Assembly: GCA_046563655.1 (NCBI GenBank) | Contig: CM102290.1 | Coordinates: 4,402,001-4,466,000 of the forward strand | Direction of reading: 5' to 3' | DNA: 64,000 bases | Source: Yuukianura sp. NJ FZ-2021 | Taxonomy: Eukaryota | Shown: positions 25,201 to 39,100 of the stretch, in pieces | Layout: every line of letters begins with the position of its first letter | How positions within the stretch are numbered: the first letter of the stretch is position 1 | Notes under the pieces: model-generated | What the model was told of the DNA's origin: nothing | Databases searched by the model: none | Seen by the model: only the letters and a program-made list of their open reading frames with translations | Translations under genes and position numbers: made by a program

Positions 25201-28200
25201 CAGAGAAAGGTGTAAGGTATAATCACATTTCACGAGTGTTCGCTTCCATTTTGTGCTTGGTCTGAACTTACAACGTCATTGACTCACATTTCGCTAGAAT
25301 GTACAAAACTTTGTTTCAGAACATTTTGAAAGCTTTGGTGACTTTCAAAAGTCTATTGAGAATCATCAAGTCAAATCCTATACGAACTTTCTCCTGTGCT
25401 TTCAAATCCTGCTGCCGCACTTTCACTCTCTGATTTCCAACGAACGAGAAAATCCTGACAAAAGTTTAAAAAAAAAAAAACTACGCATTTCGAAACACAT
25501 CGTAAGATATTCCCAATCTTACAAAAAAAAAATCAAAACATGCCGTAATCCACCAAAACCTTAGCATGAAAAAGTCTACACTGTAACAGGTCGTTTTGTG
25601 TCAACGTTAATGACGCAATTAAAACCTATCTGGGCTTTCCATGTTGACCCAGTTGGTCTTTCTGGAAGGGCGTGTTTAGTCTGTTTATGACATACTAGAG
25701 TAAATCTAATGTTATAATGAAGTTCAACTTTAATCCTGGTAGCTTAACTTTTGGTTATGGACAAGGCTACACGGAGGATTAAAATAATGGGACTAATTAT
25801 ACAAAGCTAAGCGGCCGTTCTAGATAAGTGGAGAAGTGACTATTACGTAATGTTTGAATGCCGTATCTACCTCCGCTTGTACCGCCGTCCAGATTATAAA
25901 GTTCGAAAAGTGAACGCCAAGCAACGCAGTGAAATGTTCTCCACAAAGCTAACGCCCTTCTCTTAAATCTAGTACGCACATGACTCTGCGATACAAATCT
26001 AAATTGCTCTGTCAGAAAAACCCGAGTTCAAGTTCATCTGGCGTATTCTCAAATTTAGCCCGGGAAAACCGATTTCAGTCGATACGATTTTTAAAGTTGA
26101 GTGTTGTAGACAAAATGACTAGATTGAAAGCACACTGATGCAGACTGTGAATTTGTAATTCTCAGTTTCACTGAATCAATTATCACAATCGTCAATTAAC
26201 TACGTTCAGTCCAATAACGCTTGTTGGTCAACCAATCAGATTCTGAGATCATACACAGGCACAAAATCCGGGGAAAATTTCCTTTTGTTGTCTCTCGTTG
26301 GCTTCAACGTATCACTTTCTCTAGAAATTCCGAAATTCCGTGTTTAGGTTGTAGCTCTAGAATTTTCATTTGAAAAGAGAGATATTTTAATTTTAATTCG
26401 AGAGACGTCGGATTCATTTTTAATTGGGGGCAATTATTTAGAAGGCTGAAGATCTCTTTGGGGCTTCCTCCAATTTAGTTCATCCACTTCCAGCAACAAT
26501 GGTTCCTCTTCTACTAGTCTAGATTCTGTACACACCTGAATTAATTAGTTGAGCATAGGATTCTGAGAATCTTTTGTTCTGCAGCGGATGCTACACATTG
26601 GTGGTAAATGGGCAGAGAGATTTCAGTCACTTAACCACACAACTACCTCCTGCATCAATAAGGCAACGCTGGTTGCTTAGCTTTCCAGAAATGGCTTCCA
26701 AGTCCAGAAGAGAAAAAGTTCCAAAAATTTGGAGAGCGAAGGGTGCCATTTGTTTTAAGTTGTGTGGTGATTCTTCTTAATTTTGGTTAGCCTAGGAGCT
26801 ACAATTAGGCTTTTGTTCCAAAACATGAAGAATACATGTGGGTGAAAGTGAGGAACAAGGGAACTGGGCTTCTGAGACAGAATGCTAAACATTGCTCCAG
26901 GTCAGGGGTTGGAGAAAGTTGGATCCCATAGTATGGGGATGTGTTTACTTTTACCTTCATTCAACCTAAACATGACCAACCATGCAAGTATTACAGTTTC
27001 TAAAACTGGTGAAATGCTATAAACAATCAAACCGACCATATTTAAACCAAAATATTATCGGATAATATGATAGCACATTAAACAATACCTGGTTTAATCC
27101 AATTTAAAAATAAGTCTTAAAAACCAAAAAAAAAATTGATATTGAAGTCCCCCTCCGCTCCATCGTAAAGAAAAGCGTTCACCAAAGCCAAAAAACGAAC
27201 AGCAAAAAAAATTTTATCGCTTTGTAAAGCTTGTGAAACTGATCTAAAAAGTGAAACGAAGAGAAAAATTGGAAACAATTTTAACAATAATGATCAACTT
27301 CTTTTCTTCTGCGACGCGTCAACATCGCTATAAAACCGGGCAACATCGTTTCAGGGGAGAAAACTCTACTACTACTTTCAATCAACTGTACTTTATCAAT
27401 TATTACTTAACCTGCCTTTGGCAGGTGAATGTTATTTTCACTAACGTTACAAAATGAGCGTAATTTTATTTCAAAAAAATTGACAAAAATTATATTTTCT
27501 CGAAGTCAGAAAATTTTGGGGTAAAAACAGTTCCAAAAAAGTTCCAGTTTAAAAAGCAACACTGTAGAACGTAAAATGCTGAAACGCAGGCTTGCTAATT
27601 CCTTTTCCACATTCTGCATTTATAGAAAGAACGAGGAACACATTTTGGATAATTTTTTTTGGTAATTGTTGTTGAACAATATGGTGATATCGGAGGAAGT
27701 TATTCATGAATTTTTTGTGAAGTTAAATTGGAAGAACTTGTTAATTTGGCCGCACTTGATAAGGAAGTGTGACCAACTAATAGACTCTTATCTCACTTAA
27801 CACTTTCCCATACACTTGGACAGGGCACCACGATAGTTCCTGGAAAATGGTGACAGAGGCCATGAAATAGTAAGTTTCTCAATATGGAATCATAATAGTA
27901 ACTTTAACTTCATCACATTAACTTAACGGTTTTTGAATTCGATTAACAAATGACAAGTTTCGCTTATTAAAAAAGAAACATTTGAATTCGCAAAAGTATT
28001 AAATTTATGACGTTTTCTGGCAAGCCTAACCTAACTTTTATACACATTTTCTTTTATTTTATAAGTTTAACTTCATTTTAAAAATGTAGAACGCGAGCGA
28101 ACTAGCCCAAGGCGGTTTAAATTTTAAATCAAACTTGGAAAAGAATTCTACCGGTAGGTACAATTGAATTGAATAGAAACCGGAGATTGCAGAATTGATT

Positions 28201-31200
28201 CAAATGAGAAAAGATTTACTTGAGTGGAAAGTTGATGATTTTGGAAAGCGAGACACAACCGAGGATGAAAAAAGAAAACCGAAAAAAGTCGTTCACCTCA
28301 CATTTTATCATTTTTTTTTCAAATTATAGCAGTTAGGGGTTGCCCACTTGTAAAAATGAAGTCCCTATTCCAATCTTCTATTTTTTGTTACTCCGTTTTT
28401 GCACTTTTTAACGACGCTTCAGAATCCAGAACAAGACTAACCAGAACTCTTTTAGATTAGGTTAGAGCTTCCCTTAAGCCTTAAGTCTACCTCTACCAAC
28501 CGACATGAATGATGATGTCAAAGTCTAATTCTAATTTCAAGATGGAACTTTAGTAGCGTAACAAGTTCATTGTTAGGACTGGAGTTTTCCTCTGCCTCTG
28601 GAATTGCTCTCTTGGTAAAAATGAATTGGTTCAGAGCATAAATTTGGCACAGGAGAAAAAACATCTTCATGTGGGTTTTTTTTCTCAGGGAAAATGAAAC
28701 CTGGAGCGTCGGTTGCACGGTGCGGAATCCACCAAGGGAGTCAAGTAGGCGGTTTGATAGGAATTGAGACTTGTAATGCCATGTTTGAAGAAGGCGGGTA
28801 AGGAACGGAACTGTTCGTTACTTGAATACTAAGGATTTGCATGAGTGAATGAACATTGAGGGAAGAAAAGAAAGGGAAAGTGGTGGAGATAAGGCTAGGT
28901 GTGAAGATTCACACTTTCACACTCCTTTCACTTTCTGTTCACACCTCCTTACTGTAACTGTCGTCACAACCTAAGCTAAACCTCAACACAGTTTTGTGTT
29001 GTTCTTTTTGGACAATTCTGCTTAGCATCATAAACACAACACCACCACAATTTCCATTCAATCCCAATAGCGAAGGTGTCCCCAAGCCTATTTCTTTATT
29101 CCGTGGGTTCAAATGCTTCCTCGCTTTTACTTTTGCCAAAAAGAAAGTTCAAAGTGGCCTACATTACAGACGCAACGACAAAAGTTTTTAGAGAAACCAA
29201 AATCAAAAAAAAAAAATCTCCATTATGGCAAAGAGTGCATTTATCAGAAAAACTACTTTTTGGATTTTTTGTTTGTTTTCTCACCTTTTTTTTGCTTTCA
29301 AGAACAAAAGATTTTTTTTTGTATCTGTAAGGGGGATTTAGATATGTTCTAAAGAAATCTGAGCAAAGTACGAACCGTATTGTTTGAAGTGGAAGATTGA
29401 TTATGAAGTAATCGATCCACGACAACTTCTTCAGTTTGATGGTTTTTCAATTTTATAAATTTGGAAGTCGGAGGAACAGTGTTGGATCCCATTGTTTTCC
29501 AAGTTTAAGTCACAAATCTTTTTTAACAACTAATCCTCGTACAATTATGTAAAAAAAAAGTTACATTAAAACATTCACTTTTACTAATGCAAAGTATGGC
29601 AAATTTACATCTGGATAAGAGGTAAGGTGTCTCTTTAAATGTCAAATTTGAACTGGATTTTTGTCTTTTAAATTTTTTAGTTTTTAGTTGTCTGTATGAT
29701 TGACTATCTGAAAAGCGAGTACTTTATCTACTATTTGTTCATAGATGCTCCAAGACTCTTTTATAGCAAACTGGACACACCCCGAGATACTCAAGTAGCC
29801 TTCTCTGTTCCGCGCTTAATTTGAGGCAAGATAAACATGGAAGGAAAAAGATAATTTTGATAATTGGAAGTTACGACTTTGCTAATATATGAGAATCATT
29901 TAGAAATGTCACGGCTTCAAAAACTAGAAAAACTGGAAGTGTTTACGTTTTTTCAAAAGACAAAATTCCAAGTTTCAAAATTAAATTGGGAAAAACACAA
30001 ATAGGTATAATTCAAAAGTACTCAAAGATTTTGATTTAATTAACATGTGTTTGACCTTAGTCTTTTATAGCAAATCCGTCTTCAAGACTTTTAAACGCAC
30101 GTAGAAAAAGAGTAAAGAAATAATTTTCTTTAATTACTTCAAGTGGCAACTACGCAATCAGTAGCTAATAGTGTGGTTAATCTAATTAGAAATATTTAAT
30201 TGCTGGAAGGGATTTCAAAAGTCTCATTAGTTGCAATGTCTTTTTAACCTTCAATAGGTTGGGCTGGTAATAAAATGGTTCTGGTTCGAAGAGAAAAACG
30301 CCTTAGACAATTTTAGATTGGAAATTGACAATTTTATAATTAACGCACAAGTTTCGCAACTACGCAACCCCTGGTTGTTGCCTTCCTTGAACTTGAAACT
30401 CAAAAGCTTGTCTTCTGCGCATTTTTGAAAAACTTGAACCACTTTTGAGTATATGTAAATTAACAACAATTAAAATCACCACTATAAAATGACTAATTCG
30501 GTAATTTCCAATAATTGTAAATACAAACATAATATAACACTAATAAAGTTTTCTGGCTATCAAGTAGGACGTCATATAGTACACGGATGGCACTAAAATG
30601 AAGTTCGTATAAAAACAACTCGAAAAGTAAAAAAAAAGTTGTTGTTTTTTCTAATTGAAACGAACAGAGAACGAAGATGCGGAGATTGACAATTTTTGTG
30701 TTCAAAAATTAATGTGCCTACAACATTCACTTTAGTATTCTGTTTGACATGTCGTTTAGCTGAAATGGAAATGTATCTTCTGGCAATTATAGGAATTAAA
30801 GCCGTAACACCTAGAACCTACTCCTGTTTTTTCTTAGGAACGGCAGACTCGTTGTCATAGTCACTTAACTACCTATTAAATTTCCATGTCCCTAATTTCT
30901 ACTTTTCTGTCTTGGCTATTACACGTATATTTGAGTCCCATTTGACTCTCCATGCAGAAACAAAAGCTACAGAAAAATTAGAATTTCCATTTCCAGTACA
31001 AGGAGACTTATTTAGAATTCTGCCCTTTAAAAAGAGAGGAAAGTTCAAATCAAAGAAGCGTGAATCATGATGGTCCTGGACTTTCTTTTCTGGAAATGAG
31101 TCCCTTGGAATCTACCAAATGAAGACAGCACTTGAGGCAATTTAGGCCTCTTTTAGTTAATACACCGAGAAAGCAGAGGCAAAGACACATCCAGTCATAA

Positions 31201-31986
31201 GATTCTAATGTTATGGGGCAAGAGGAAGTGGATTCAAGGGAGAAAGGCAAAGAGAAACAAGAAGCCCTTCGTGACCAATTGGGGATGAAATGGAGAAAGT
31301 CATAAGCGTTTCCTTACCGTGGCGTCCTCAACAGTCGAATGTAACTTTCCATGCAGAGTGTCGTACAGCTCACTTACACCTGTAGAGTGGTTACGTAATT
31401 TCAAAGGTTTTGTAGCCGTGGGGACCGTGGCTTTTGGCCTTGCCTTGGTTTGTGCCGCACATTGTTGGGCTAAAGCTAGGTCACAGTTGAGAAGGGACGA
31501 TGACGATGTTTCAATTGGCGGCAAAAACGGATTTGTATGAACCGGATTACTCCCGCCATTACCTTGTCCACCTACTGTTTCATGAGTTGTCGAAGTAATA
31601 CTTTTTCTATTTTCACCAGATCCAGACAACGTGATGTCACTTGTTGACGCTTTTCTGACCTGTGCGGCAGTAGAAGTTGACACAGGGCTTATCCCGCTTG
31701 ACCGTCTTTTGGCTTCTGTCGCTGGTGAAGATGACCCCGTGATGCTAGGAACAGGATCGCAAGGTCTCGTGTCGCTGAAACGGGTGACTTTACTGGAGTC
31801 GTGGAGATCAAACTGCAATGTGTCAGCAGCGTCTTGTTTCGGAGAAAGAACAATACCTGAATTACTGCTACCGTCAGTTGTGGGAGAACGCGAATGCGAC
31901 GGCGAAAATTTGTTAATCAGAGCCGTTTCAAATGACTGGTGAATGGACGTTTGGCTACTGGAGCTAACGACTCCACCCTCCTTCAT
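16257..31986 (-). CDS. Nos: Nitric oxide synthase, full length (oxygenase + CaM-binding + FMN/FAD/NADPH reductase), about 20 coding exons, constitutive-type
   Basis: Motifs in order on the minus strand: zinc CTEQMC (~24880); heme [18 protein letters not shown] (23660-23824); [15 protein letters not shown] (21452-21627); [10 protein letters not shown] and [26 protein letters not shown]; CaM site [39 protein letters not shown] and [31 protein letters not shown] and [27 protein letters not shown] and [11 protein letters not shown]; final exon NRYHEDIFG, stop TAA at 16257-16259. First coding exon 31986-31318 (MKEGG...LYDTLH) has an in-frame stop upstream and donor GTAAGG, followed by an intron of about 6.4 kb. 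Confidence 0.96.
23399..23471. repeat. Degenerate AT-rich tandem repeat (AATGTTAAAATG / AATGATCTAAAA units) in a NOS intron
   Basis: aatgttaaaatg and aatgatctaaaa each occur twice within about 70 nt. Confidence 0.55.
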
Positions 31987-32035
31987 CTTGACTTCCGGCC
32001 GAACGACAGAGAACAAGTGAAAGAAGAGCAGGCAT
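31964..32035 (-). promoter_or_regulatory. Out-of-frame uORF overlapping the NOS start codon ([23 protein letters not shown])
   Basis: AAAATG at 32035 in good context, 49 nt upstream of the NOS ATG (31986); stop TAG at 31964-31966 lies inside the NOS CDS. Depends on this stretch being in the 5' UTR. Confidence 0.4.
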
Positions 32036-35000
32036 TTTGAGCTGGAGCTAGCTCATGCCTCTGACGATGTCGGTGTCGACTGGTGCTGAAAAGTGTGTGC
32101 TCCAAGAACAACTTTGGCTTCCAGAACGGTTAGGCGGTGGGTGAAGGGCTGGAGGACACCACCGTTCCAGGAACCTACAAGCGTATTCGACGAAAACGGA
32201 GAAAATAACAACAGAACATTGTCCCATATTTCCCACCTTGCCGATCCATCTCCTTGAAAACAACTTCTTAGACAAAGACAAAACGGCCAACGACCGTCTT
32301 GATCCGTAAGACAACACTAACGTAAAGCTATCCCTGGCATCACCTCTCTCTTCCAGGAACTTTTTATCCCACGAAGACAGGATGCCAGGGTGTCCGAAGA
32401 CGATTTGAGCCCTATCTGCACTTCTCATCAAATCCACCCGCAAGATTGCCCGTGCCCTTACTTTCTCCACATCACAAGCTCTCAGCTAACTTATCAGACT
32501 AGAAATTAGCTTCAACTCGGATTCCACCAACCTTTCTACTTTCTACTGAACTTACTTTCTACGTAAGCTGTATGTTCAAAACTGTAACCAACGACGTAGT
32601 CTGGAAGTGATGATCTCGTCCTCTGGGAAAGAATCACGACACTCCCAGATGAAACAGTTCCGAATGGTTTTCAAAAGCAAAACGAATGAAACTGTGTCAT
32701 CGAGATGATTTTGTTCGATGAAATGACGAGAAAGTACTCACGTCATCATAACTTAGAGTCAACTTTGGACACTTAGGAAAAACAAACACTTTTCTCCAAA
32801 GATTCGCTTCGTTCTTATGTTCAAATCATTCAACCATCCACAAACACAATTTTAATACTTTGTAAAAACTTCTTTGGCTTGAACGTAAATGTTTTTCATG
32901 TTCACATTCTAAATTTAGATTCTTTTAATCAAGTTTATGAAAAAAAAATAACGATAAAAATTAAAAATAAAAACGATTACCGATCATCGACATAAAAAAA
33001 ATCATTAAAATCATAATTTGAAATCATTTTGATTAATGATTTTCAGTTTTAACAATTACACGAAGACATAAACTAAAAGTTATTTTGGCAAAAGTTTACC
33101 AAGGATAGTGTAGAGTCTAGGGTTGGGACTTTCACTTAAGTGGAGACAACTTCGGATGAGCTCTATCCCTTCTCCGTTGATCTTCGTAGCGGAGACTTGC
33201 AGTTTCTTTTGAAAACATTCCCATCCCACCACCACCAACTTGTGGAAACGAAAACAAATACAGGAAATTATTTAGGAGGATTTAATTAAGCTTCGTCGAC
33301 GTTTTCAACGCCTCTTCCCTCAACTTATCCACGTCTCAAGACAAACCCAATTCAAATGGAAGAAGGATTTTGGACTCAGGAAGAAACACACCAAAGGACT
33401 TCCTTCTCCTACTCACTTCAACCGTTACGCAAAAATTTGATACCCCACTTTCTCTTTCGCAAATGGAACGTGGAGTTCGGTTTAAATTGATTTGAGCAAA
33501 AACAAAAATGGACCAATTTTTGACCTCTTTTATGACTGTTATTGAAGGTGAAGGTTGGAATTTAGCCAGAAAAAATCTCCTACAAAAATTGAACAAGATG
33601 AACGGAAATTGGACGTTGTAAGAAGTTGAGAGACCGAAAGTGCGAAAGTCATTCCAATTGGCAAAATCAAAAAATAGACCAGAGAGGGGAGAAAATGGTT
33701 TTTCTTAAGCTTTCTCCATCGCCTCAACCACGTTACTGTTCTCCATTCTTGAATTACTTAACTTGCTTTACAGCAACTGTAATTGTGTCATGTATCAGCT
33801 CGTTACTACTCTTTTCTATTATAAATCAATAAGTTTGTTAGACAAAGTTTTGACATTCCTGCTTGTCAATGTCATGTCCAAAGGTAAGGTGAACAAAGTT
33901 TGCAATGCCGAGTTGATAAAATATATAAGATCTTTGAGTGAATTGAGCTGGGAACAGGAAATCAACGTCGGTGGAGCCACTCAATCCACAATTAACTTAT
34001 GCCATGTTACCGTTTCAATTACAACCGCCTCCGGACACACCCCTTGTCTTCATCATTCAAAACAAGAATTTCTAACAGGCTTTGCAAAATCCCAAAAATT
34101 AAAACCTAATCAACGGTTTGTAAATTTTTAAAAGAACTTCTTAATTCATTTGCTAAGAAATCAGAAAAAGGTGGACAGTGCATAAATTGAAAGCGTCGTC
34201 GAAAAGTAGAAAAATTGAACTATTAAAGGGTAGTCTGATTGGCTAGTTTGAATAACTTTACGTTCATATTTTTGATTCCCTCAAAATTTTAATGCATCTG
34301 GGACATTCGACTACCATCGAAAGCAGCGATTTGATTTGTTCTGTTTATATGGTAAATCCATCCAAAAATTTTAGGTTTGCAGTTTCCACCCATCAGAAGA
34401 GTTGGTGCTAAAAGTTTCGGAAATGCTTCTGGAGTTAAACCGACTTTCACCAGAGTTAACGCTTTTTTTTTATGGAAGTTAGGCTATAAAAGTCCCAGAG
34501 TTAATTCAAATGAAAGTGAGAGTTAACTTTAAAGCACTCTCGTCTAAAAGTTACGCAATGAGGCACAATGTATTTGAAAAGCAATTGGTTTTAAAGGTGA
34601 AGCGTCTATCTGTTTTACATGTTATGGATATGTTGTTTTGAATGAATACAATACAAATTAAACTAATATCTAGAAGAATTTGCGTTTGAGGAAACTAAAC
34701 TACGGTTTCACGCAAAAAAAAAAGTTAGAATCAGGTAATATGGTGTTAGTTTTAATTAATTGCTTCATCTTTTCAAATTGTCTAAATGTATTTAGTGAAA
34801 TAACCTTATATAACACGGACAGAAATAAGGTTCTCCGAATATTACAGTTTTAGCCAAAGTTCAAAGACAACATAATTGGTGTTTGGAATTTGATACTCTG
34901 AAAAATAAAGAAATTATTGTCAGTTATTGTTCTATTTGCCCAGAAATTATGGCCGACAATAAAATTTCGGTAATTAACAATCGACTTGCTCTTGCATAAA

Positions 35001-36106
35001 CAATCGTTTTCTCTGAAATGATAAACGGACTGCAGCGAAATGCAAGGTACTGATTGAGCTATAACTGGGTAATATCAGTTTACATGATCACGTAACCTAT
35101 ATACACGTTTTGATCCGATGGAATACTACCGCCTTTATTTTTATAAAAATTAGAAAGACACTCTGTATGTAAAAAAAACTGTAAAAACTTCGTGTAATGG
35201 ACATACTTATGAACCAATTTAGTTAACCAAATGAATGTATTTCAAGAATTGAAACACTTAAAAAACCGAAGGGCTTTGGAAGTACATTTACAAAAAGAGA
35301 ACACAAACAAAGAATTTAAACGACCAAAATTTCTAACAGGTTTCCAAACATTGAAGACGCTAGTTGCTCATTTTGAGCGAATTTTTTTGATCGACGCCAC
35401 TTGAAGAAGCACTTCTCTAATTTTTGAGTTCAAGTGTACAATGTTATAATCGAAAGCTAAAGATATAGACACACCTTGTTTTATTGTGCAAAGAAAAGAA
35501 TAATTCCATTGTGTTTGTTGGATCACTTGGCACAATCGATTTGATGAAGAAATAAGAATTTGGGAGAAAGCGACAACAAATCCATTGGGATAGAAAAAAA
35601 GAGTGCTGAGGATATTGCATATATTGTTACAATGTTTTTGGATTTGAAAACGTATGAGGGCGTGACGATGACAGGGAATCCGTTTCCTCCAATGTCTTCA
35701 AGTGTCTCCAGAGGTCCAGAGGTGAAGAAGGCTGTCGACACAAGGAATAGATTCATCTATGTCTAATTCGTTCTTTCGTCTTTGCGTAGGTTTTAGACAG
35801 TTTGAAGCGTGGCATGATTTAGGCGGATAAATCGAATTGGAAACGAATGTGGGCTGGGCCTTATCTAACACCTCCTGTCCAGAATCCTCCAAACGGTTTT
35901 TAGCGCTTTGCTGTCGTTCATTTGAAATAAGGCGGGAGACGGTTTCTGTGCCTGGGACTTTCTCTTCCACTAGTTTCGAACCCGATTTCACCGATTTTTT
36001 ATAGTACACTTTACCTCTAGGCGTTTTGAATTAAATAACACGTTTCTCTTTGCATATGGCCATTGTGTTGCCAGTGGTAGGAAAAGTTGCATGGTTCCGG
36101 AAGCCC

Positions 36107-36126
36107 CTTGACATCCGGATGTCAAG
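36107..36126. repeat. Perfect 20-bp palindrome CTTGACATCC/GGATGTCAAG
   Basis: Read directly; lies in the region between the divergently oriented NOS and VWC gene A. Confidence 0.9.
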
Positions 36127-39100
36127 TGACATACGAAGCAAATCTAATAAGAATGTTCCAATTTCAATGCATTATGAAAGAGATGCTGAAAAATAGTGCA
36201 GCTACCGCAAATTCAAGACCGTGAATAGTTAATAAACTTACTTGTTAAATTTTTGAAATAAATAAAAAAAAATACTAATAAAAAATAAATAATTAAACTA
36301 AATAAAAAATTTTAGTCGTAACAGCAGAACTTGTTCTAAAAATTGACAATTGAAGAGACAAAAAAAAGTCGTGGTGTGTCAATGCTAGCATTTCCAACAG
36401 TTCTTCCACAAAAAAAGTACTTTCACCCACAGCTTTTCTTATTGTTTAAATTTTTTCACCAGCCCTTAATAATTTTTTTGTTCCGAACTGAGGTAAATGC
36501 TTTTTAAAAAAAACAAAATTTTTGTGAACTTTTACGTTGAACGTTTGGATTTAAGTACCTGCTGTACCCAACGTTTGCATGTCGTTGGCCTCTGTGTTGT
36601 TGATATTGAACTTTAAAATGTCAATGATAATTGCATAGGAAAGGTTAGCGTGTTGAATTTGGTCAAAAATTGGTGTTGGTTTTGCTGATTCTGAGTTTCC
36701 TTTGGGACGAAGATGACCTTCGGATGAATTGAATCTTAGTGGAAAGGCCTCAGACTCCCCCCTCTGCTCTCGTCAAAATTTTTGCAAGTCTGGGATCCTT
36801 TTCGTTTCGGTCAGGGAAGTGTAGCATTCCATTTCAGTCCATTCACCTCCTCCATTCAAGTATGTTGAGGCACTAAAACTACTCTCTGCCACTTCATCAC
36901 GTATTCCGCAAGGCTTTGGCCGCTTTCCATCCCTCCACGACTCACATCGCGCTTTTTGGATTTTTCTTTTGCAATTGGAACATGAAAAAATAAGGTTTGA
37001 ATGAATTCCCTGTACAAATATTCAAATCACAACTGGAAAAGAATTGGAACTTCAACAGAAGAAAAAATGACACAGGAAAAAACAACGTGTTTGTTCAATT
37101 TTTCTTCTTACATATTTGACAAGCCTTCATACACCCCAGTTCCACTTTTGTTTAAAAAATTTAAAACTTTTCAAGTTTCTTTGCACTTCCTGTACATTTT
37201 TTTTTGTCTTTTGGCAAATTTGAGCCCTTTGATGTGTTGTTGGTACTGTATTTTGCATGAATCCGAAATCATACAGGGTTTGGACCAACCTGGTATCTCC
37301 TCGCCCGGCGACCATCATGTTACATATCACAGAAGCCACCATCACCAACAACTGCCTGCTGAAGTACAGAATCTTTAAGAGTTGGTACAGACACTGGCAA
37401 AAATTTCCAACTTTGACTTTATAAGTTAGGCAATGTGGAAACAAAAAGGAAGGTTTAGGATTTAGTAGGCACTTGGCATTGGAAGTGGTCACTCCATCTT
37501 GGACTTGGACATGTGAAGGGAAGGTAGCAAACTCACTCCGTTGACTCATATTTCCCACCAAACCGGAACTATAAACATCAATTGGAGAGTTGGAAATTCT
37601 TGGAAAATTGTTTTGGAAAAACAAGTTGAAAAAAGTGAACTACGCGCAGATCAACATAACGTAAGTGGATTTTGGGTATGTTATTCAACACTTTCTTGGT
37701 CAATTAAATTGAGCGTTGAACAAGGGAAAAAAGCTTTAGGCTAATTAAATACGTCAACTTGCCATGGCTAATATCTCACTGACAATTAATATGAAACATG
37801 CCTGTAAAAATTTAGCCGAGATCTTATTTGTTTCTATCTTTAAATTTCTTGAACAATTTATTACATTGTTTAAAAAAAACTTAATACGAGGCCTTGTTAA
37901 GATACGGATAATTTTTATGGTGTTATTAAAACGCAATGCGTGTCATTTTGATTATTTTGATCACTTCATCTTTTCACAAGTGGCGGTGAAGTGTCAAAGT
38001 TGGCTCAACACAAGAAGTAATTGCCGTTTTCACTTTCAAAGTGTCACCTTATGAGGACAAAGGTTTCCAATTATAATGTCATAAGTGTTGGATTTAGGAA
38101 GGGCAGGTTATGTGTCTCTTGTGTTGATCAATATCCCCCTGGCCTCCTCCGTAATTACTTCATTAACACCTAGCCTACAACATAGTCTTTGATTCAACCA
38201 TAACTTTAGCACTGGCTAACAATGAAATCGAATTGCACGCCAACTTTTAAAGTCAACAGCCTCAAGAATTCAATGGGAACTTGTACTACAAGACCCTTGA
38301 ATTGCATAATACCACACGATATTCGAGCCGCCACAAGAACCAATTCCTAAAAAAGTCAATTTTTAGACAATACGGCTAAGTGCTAAAGGGAGGATTGACC
38401 ACCCCATGGGTGACGAGTCGTCACTGGCGACCGTGATCTTAAATCCCATTGTTACATTTTAACAATAGGCGTCCATTCAATCTTTAAGTTAGTTTGGTTA
38501 AGAGAGGCCTCGCATAGTCTATTTTTCTCCTGCAAACACCTTTTTAATAACATTTAGTTGCAGTTTAGCACTATTTCAAGTGTGACTTCTTGTCACCTTT
38601 GTCAAATCGCCGAGCCAATTTTACTTTATATGAACAGTTTTTCACTTAAATTGGAGCAACTCAATCCAGTTTTATTTTGTGGAAAAAAGATAAGTTTTTG
38701 ATTCGATGAGAACGTTAATGATCCAAAGTGTTGTTCCATAAAGTGATTTTGAATTGACTGTAAGTTCAAAACAATTTAATCCAAGTGCACAAAAACGAGT
38801 AAAAGTTGTCCTACTCAGCAAATTGAGTAACGCCTACAGAAAAGTACGGTAATTTACATTCTTCCTGGTTTCTTATTACATCAGTTTCAAAACGAACATC
38901 AAAAACACAGTTTAAAACAAACAAAAACTGAAAAAGGCTCACTGGTTCTTAACCTAGCATAACTTTTTTTAACAAATTCTTTCATATTTTGGGTTTTTTT
39001 TAGCCATAGGTTTGAAAAATGCCATTTTCGAAAGATTTCAAACCAAGAATTGTAATGACCTCGAGATGGTGCGGCCTAAGAATGTTTTTTTTTCCAAAAA

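Noticed and set aside
24960..31300. Nested genes in the large first NOS intron
   Set aside because: ORFs are short, K/F-rich products of A/T runs; no consistent exon chain found.
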